Below are positions 59,711 to 64,000 of a stretch of 64,000 nucleotides of DNA, in pieces. The stretch lies in assembly GCF_058153355.1 (NCBI RefSeq), contig NZ_CM177019.1. One strand, given 5' to 3'. The translations under genes and the position numbers were made by a program. The first letter of the stretch is position 1. Each line of letters opens with the position of its first letter. A model generated the notes under the pieces. That model made no database searches and had not been told where the DNA came from. It was given only the letters and a program-made list of their open reading frames with translations.

Positions 59711-60766
59711 TTAACGCAGGCGATTATAGTCATCGACCATTTCGTTGTACTCGCGTAACGCTCGCGGAAATGAGTCGTCGACCATCCAGCTGGTGTTTGC
59801 ATCCTGAAGTTGCTCTTTATCCCAGTCAGAGTACGGAACTTTATCTCTGACGCGGCGAACATATTTTTTAGCCTCGAGTTGATACTGGTCTGCCGAATTA
59901 ATGAACGAGAAATTCATACCGCCTTTATCCGCTTCTTTGGCCTGCGCCACCAGCGTTTCCAGTTCAGAGACTTTCTTCATTGCCGCATCAACATCAAACT
60001 TCTCTTGCGAAATCAGGTTATTAATTTGTTTCGCTGAAATCATGACTGCCAGGGAGTAGTAGTGGAATGTTTTTCCTTCTGTTTCTTCAATATTTTTCAG
60101 TTCCGCAAGCTGACGCTTATCGTTAATTTCCTGAATCGCCGCATGATAAGATTCTGCTACAGGTTCAAAGGCTTCAAGATTTTTTAAGAATGTCTGGTGC
60201 AGCGTTTTCCCTTTCGCAAACGCATCGTCTTTATAATTTTCCTGGGTGTAATATTTATCCATTTCGTTAATGGTATTACCCAACGCCACGGCAGCATCAA
60301 TATAACTCACCGCCACGCCATCAATAGGTTGCAGCGCAGGCGTTAACGCCACAGCACTTTTTACGCCTTTTTCACACTCAGCGAGGTTGGATTCACTAAT
60401 ACCGTAGATACCATAAACAGTACGCTCTTCACCGGTAGGGCCCTGTTTAAAATCTTTCAGCCAGTCAGCATAACGCGCCAGACTGCTCTGTACAGGGATC
60501 TGTAACTTGTTGTAGCACTTGATATAGACATCCATTTTTTCGTCGAAAACCGCTTGTTCATCGACCACCGGTTGAGCAGGCGTTTCAGGTTTAACTTCTG
60601 CTTTTGTAACGGGAGCTTCAGCAGGTTTCGCTTCAGGAGCTGGTGCGGCAGGTTGACTATTGGCAGGCGGGGGCGTTTCTGTTTCGGTTTTTTTATCATC
60701 ACAACCCGTGATACCGAGAGCCATGATGGCGGCTATAATAGCGGAAGATAATAAATTCCTTTTCAT
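59711..60766 (-). CDS. yiiG: DUF3829 lipoprotein YiiG
   Basis: 351-aa ORF with lipoprotein signal (LGITGC lipobox) and an Ala/Pro-rich linker. Confidence 0.88.
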   Translation of the reverse strand: MKRNLLSSAIIAAIMALGITGCDDKKTETETPPPANSQPAAPAPEAKPAEAPVTKAEVKPETPAQPVVDEQAVFDEKMDVYIKCYNKLQIPVQSSLARYADWLKDFKQGPTGEERTVYGIYGISESNLAECEKGVKSAVALTPALQPIDGVAVSYIDAAVALGNTINEMDKYYTQENYKDDAFAKGKTLHQTFLKNLEAFEPVAESYHAAIQEINDKRQLAELKNIEETEGKTFHYYSLAVMISAKQINNLISQEKFDVDAAMKKVSELETLVAQAKEADKGGMNFSFINSADQYQLEAKKYVRRVRDKVPYSDWDKEQLQDANTSWMVDDSFPRALREYNEMVDDYNRLR

Positions 60767-60918
60767 TTAATTGCCTTATAAATATATAGATAAGAGAGTA
60801 AACATAATAAAGGAAAAAAGAAAATGCCACTACACGCGTTTTGTTTATAAATAAAACGATAAAATTCACGAAATGAATAAGTCCTGCAATTTAATATATA
60901 TCGCAGGACTTATTTTAA

Positions 60919-61752
60919 TTAATTACTCAAACGCTGCGGATGGGTATAAACCGTTGCCCGACCCGGCTTACAAAAGCCCACCAGCGTCAAATTACAGCGC
61001 TCAGCCACTTCTACGGCAAGCGTGGTCGCGGCAGACACCGCAAACAAAATTTCTACGCCGCACATCGCTGACTTTTGCACCATTTCATAACTGGCACGAC
61101 TGGAAACCAGCACCGCACCTTGCTGCCAGCTTTCCCCTTCTTGTGACCGGCGGCCTAACAGTTTATCCAGCGCCACATGGCGACCCACGTCTTCATGCCC
61201 GCCTACCAGTTCGCCAGATGGCAACATCCAGGCAGCGGCGTGAGTACAACCAGTCAGTTGCCCCACTGGCTGGAAATCATTGAGATGGCGTAATGCATCA
61301 TCCAGTTTGTTGAGATCAAATGTCTGAGTGAACGGCAGCGGCTGCACCGGTTTACCGATGTCATTAAGTTGCTCCACGCCGCACACGCCACATCCCGTAC
61401 GTCCCGCCAGTGCCCGACGACGCTCCTTCAACCCCATAAAGCGGCGGCTGGAAAGCTCAATTTGCACTTCCAGACCATTACAGGAAGGAACGACATCCAT
61501 ACCGAAGATATCGCGCGGACTTTCGATAATCCCCTCGGAAAGCGAAAAACCGAGCGCAAAGTATTCAAGGTCTTTGGGCGACGCCATCATCACCACATGC
61601 GAAATGCCGTTGTAGACCAGCGCAACGGGAACCTCTTCCGCCACCTCATCTAACCGTGGGTGTTGTAAATCGTCACGCCGCCATAACTCAATTTGACGAA
61701 CACCTGTGACATTTATCACATTTTTGATTTCTTTTTGCTGTGTTTTTTTCAC
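60919..61752 (-). CDS. fdhD: formate dehydrogenase accessory sulfurtransferase FdhD
   Basis: 277-aa [31 protein letters not shown]. Confidence 0.93.
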   Translation of the reverse strand: MKKTQQKEIKNVINVTGVRQIELWRRDDLQHPRLDEVAEEVPVALVYNGISHVVMMASPKDLEYFALGFSLSEGIIESPRDIFGMDVVPSCNGLEVQIELSSRRFMGLKERRRALAGRTGCGVCGVEQLNDIGKPVQPLPFTQTFDLNKLDDALRHLNDFQPVGQLTGCTHAAAWMLPSGELVGGHEDVGRHVALDKLLGRRSQEGESWQQGAVLVSSRASYEMVQKSAMCGVEILFAVSAATTLAVEVAERCNLTLVGFCKPGRATVYTHPQRLSN

Positions 61753-61945
61753 TTTCTATTAACCGGATAAGAACACACACACCAACATTATGGTATTCTG
61801 TTACAAACCCTTCCTGGATGGAGGGAAATTGAGCCAATTCTGGACCTTTGCGGCCCCTTCCGCAAAGAAAAATAACTCCCACTCCCTGCACACGCAGCAA
61901 GCGAATGTAAATGGGACGTGACAATGTCGAAACAAGGAGCAATCC

Positions 61946-64000
61946 ATGCAGGTCAGCAGAAGGCAGTTCTTTAAGATCTGCGCTGGCGGTATGGCAGGCA
62001 CCACGGCAGCGGCACTGGGTTTTGCACCCAGCGTAGCACTCGCGGAAACCCGGCAGTATAAACTGCTGCGCACCCGCGAAACCCGTAATACCTGCACCTA
62101 TTGTTCCGTAGGCTGTGGGCTGTTGATGTACAGCCTCGGTGACGGAGCAAAAAACGCCAAAGCATCTATCTTCCATATCGAAGGTGACCCGGATCACCCG
62201 GTCAACCGCGGTGCACTTTGTCCCAAAGGCGCTGGCCTGGTGGATTTCATCCACTCCGAAAGCCGTCTGAAGTTTCCGGAATACCGTGCCCCTGGTTCTG
62301 ATAAATGGCAGCAAATCAGTTGGGAAGAGGCGTTTGATCGCATTGCCAAACTGATGAAAGAAGACCGCGATGCTAACTACATTGCGCAAAACGCCGAAGG
62401 CGTGACTGTTAACCGCTGGCTCTCCACCGGGATGCTGTGTGCTTCCGCGTCGAGTAACGAAACCGGCTATTTAACGCAAAAATTCTCCCGCGCGCTGGGT
62501 ATGCTCGCGGTCGACAACCAGGCGCGTGTCTGACACGGACCAACGGTAGCAAGTCTTGCTCCAACATTTGGTCGCGGTGCGATGACCAACCACTGGGTCG
62601 ACATCAAGAACGCCAACCTCGTCGTGGTGATGGGCGGTAACGCCGCTGAAGCTCACCCGGTCGGGTTCCGCTGGGCGATGGAAGCCAAAATTCACAACGG
62701 CGCGAAGCTGATTGTGATCGATCCTCGCTTTACGCGTACGGCGGCGGTGGCTGACTACTATGCCCCTATTCGTTCCGGTACTGACATTGCTTTCCTGTCA
62801 GGCGTATTGCTGTACCTGCTGAACAATGAAAAATTCAACCGCGAATACACCGAAGCCTATACCAACGCCAGCCTGATCGTGCGTGAGGATTACGGCTTTG
62901 AAGATGGCCTGTTCACCGGCTACGACGCGGAAAAACGCAAGTACGATAAATCCTCCTGGACCTACGAGCTGGACGAAAACGGCTTCGCCAAACGCGATAC
63001 CACGCTGCAACATCCGCGCTGCGTGTGGAACTTGCTGAAACAGCACGTTTCCCGTTATACGCCAGATGTGGTTGAAAACATCTGTGGCACGCCGAAAGAC
63101 GCGTTCCTGAAAGTCTGCGAATACATCGCAGAGACCAGTGCTCACGATAAAACTGCCTCGTTCCTTTACGCGCTCGGCTGGACGCAACACTCCGTTGGTG
63201 CGCAGAACATTCGTACGATGGCGATGATCCAGCTACTGCTCGGCAATATGGGGATGGCAGGCGGCGGCGTTAACGCCCTGCGCGGTCACTCCAACATTCA
63301 GGGGCTGACGGACCTGGGGCTGCTGTCGCAGAGCCTGCCAGGTTACATGACGCTGCCAAGCGAGAAGCAGACCGATCTGCAAACCTACCTTGCCGCCAAC
63401 ACGCCAAAACCACTGCTGGAAGGCCAGGTTAACTACTGGGGCAATTACCCGAAATTCTTCGTCTCCATGATGAAGGCCTTCTTTGGTGATAAAGCGACGG
63501 CAGAAAACAGCTGGGGCTTTGACTGGTTGCCGAAGTGGGATAAAGGCTACGACGTCCTGCAATACTTCGAGATGATGAAAGAGGGCAAGGTCAATGGCTA
63601 TATCTGCCAGGGCTTTAACCCTGTTGCCTCATTCCCGAACAAAAACAAAGTGATCGGTTGTCTGTCGAAACTGAAGTTCCTCGTCACTATCGACCCGCTG
63701 AACACTGAAACCTCTAACTTCTGGCAGAACCACGGTGAGCTGAACGAAGTGGACTCGTCGAAGATCCAGACCGAAGTGTTCCGTCTGCCATCGACCTGCT
63801 TCGCGGAAGAGAACGGTTCAATCGTTAACTCCGGTCGCTGGTTGCAGTGGCACTGGAAAGGTGCGGACGCCCCAGGGATTGCGCTGACTGATGGCGAGAT
63901 CCTCTCCGGTATCTTCCTGCGCTTGCGCAAGATGTACGCCGAACAGGGTGGCGCGAACCCGGACCAGGTGCTGAACATGACCTGGAACTACGCCATCCCG
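61946..64000 (+). CDS. fdoG: formate dehydrogenase-O major subunit (selenoprotein), 3'-truncated by window end
   Basis: Tat signal MQVSRRQFFKICAGGMAGTTAAALG; N-terminal Fe-S Cys cluster (CTYCSVGCG). In-frame TGA at 62531-62533, after which the frame continues without stops (HGPTVASLAPTFGRGAMTNHW...) to the window end. Confidence 0.92.
62531..62533 (+). other. selenocysteine (UGA recoding) codon of fdoG
   Basis: In-frame TGA at the conserved Sec position (codon 196), with conserved molybdopterin-enzyme sequence on both sides. Confidence 0.85.
62534..62573 (+). other. putative SECIS stem-loop downstream of the Sec codon
   Basis: Outer arms GACCAA/TTGGTC and inner arms AGCA/TGCT can pair in the roughly 40 nt immediately 3' of the UGA, where bacterial SECIS elements lie; the fold was not computed. 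Confidence 0.45.

Noticed and set aside
62531-62533. In-frame stop codon splitting fdoG into two ORFs (possible pseudogene)
   Set aside because: The TGA is at the conserved selenocysteine position and the frame continues with conserved sequence, so this is recoding, not gene decay.

Overview
The window reads as an Escherichia coli-type chromosomal segment, in reverse orientation to the usual K-12 map. Core genes, in window order from right to left: fdoG (5' part, with in-frame selenocysteine UGA), fdhD, yiiG, frvRXBA, rhaM-rhaDAB / rhaSR, rhaT, sodA, kdgT, yiiM, cpxAR / cpxP, fieF, pfkA, sbp, cdh, tpiA, yiiQ, yiiR, yiiS, uspD, fpr, glpXKF, zapB, rraA, menA, hslUV, ftsN, cytR, priA, rpmE, yiiX, metJ / metBL. 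Gene identities come from reading the translated ORFs against remembered protein sequences and lengths; no database search was run. Four stretches do not fit the K-12 layout as I remember it. (1) A mosaic island of about 11.9 kb at the left end (1-11880), beyond metL. It holds a visibly GC-rich module (MocR-type regulator, alanine-racemase-like gene, serine-hydroxymethyltransferase paralog, plus a 5'-truncated FGE-like ORF) and a visibly AT-rich module (three paralogous secreted 5'-nucleotidase/metallophosphoesterase genes, a Cys-rich orphan ORF, and a Tsx-like nucleoside channel). This is the best candidate for an undescribed system. (2) An exact 1426-bp IS4 copy with a 12-bp target duplication splitting frvR. 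(3) A 464-aa outer-membrane porin-like gene between rhaM and frvA. (4) An AT-rich single-gene insertion (238-aa membrane protein) between rraA and zapB. No rRNA, tRNA or CRISPR array was seen. Many ORF-track entries begin at upstream in-frame ATG/GTG/TTG codons, so starts were re-placed where the native N-terminus is recognisable.
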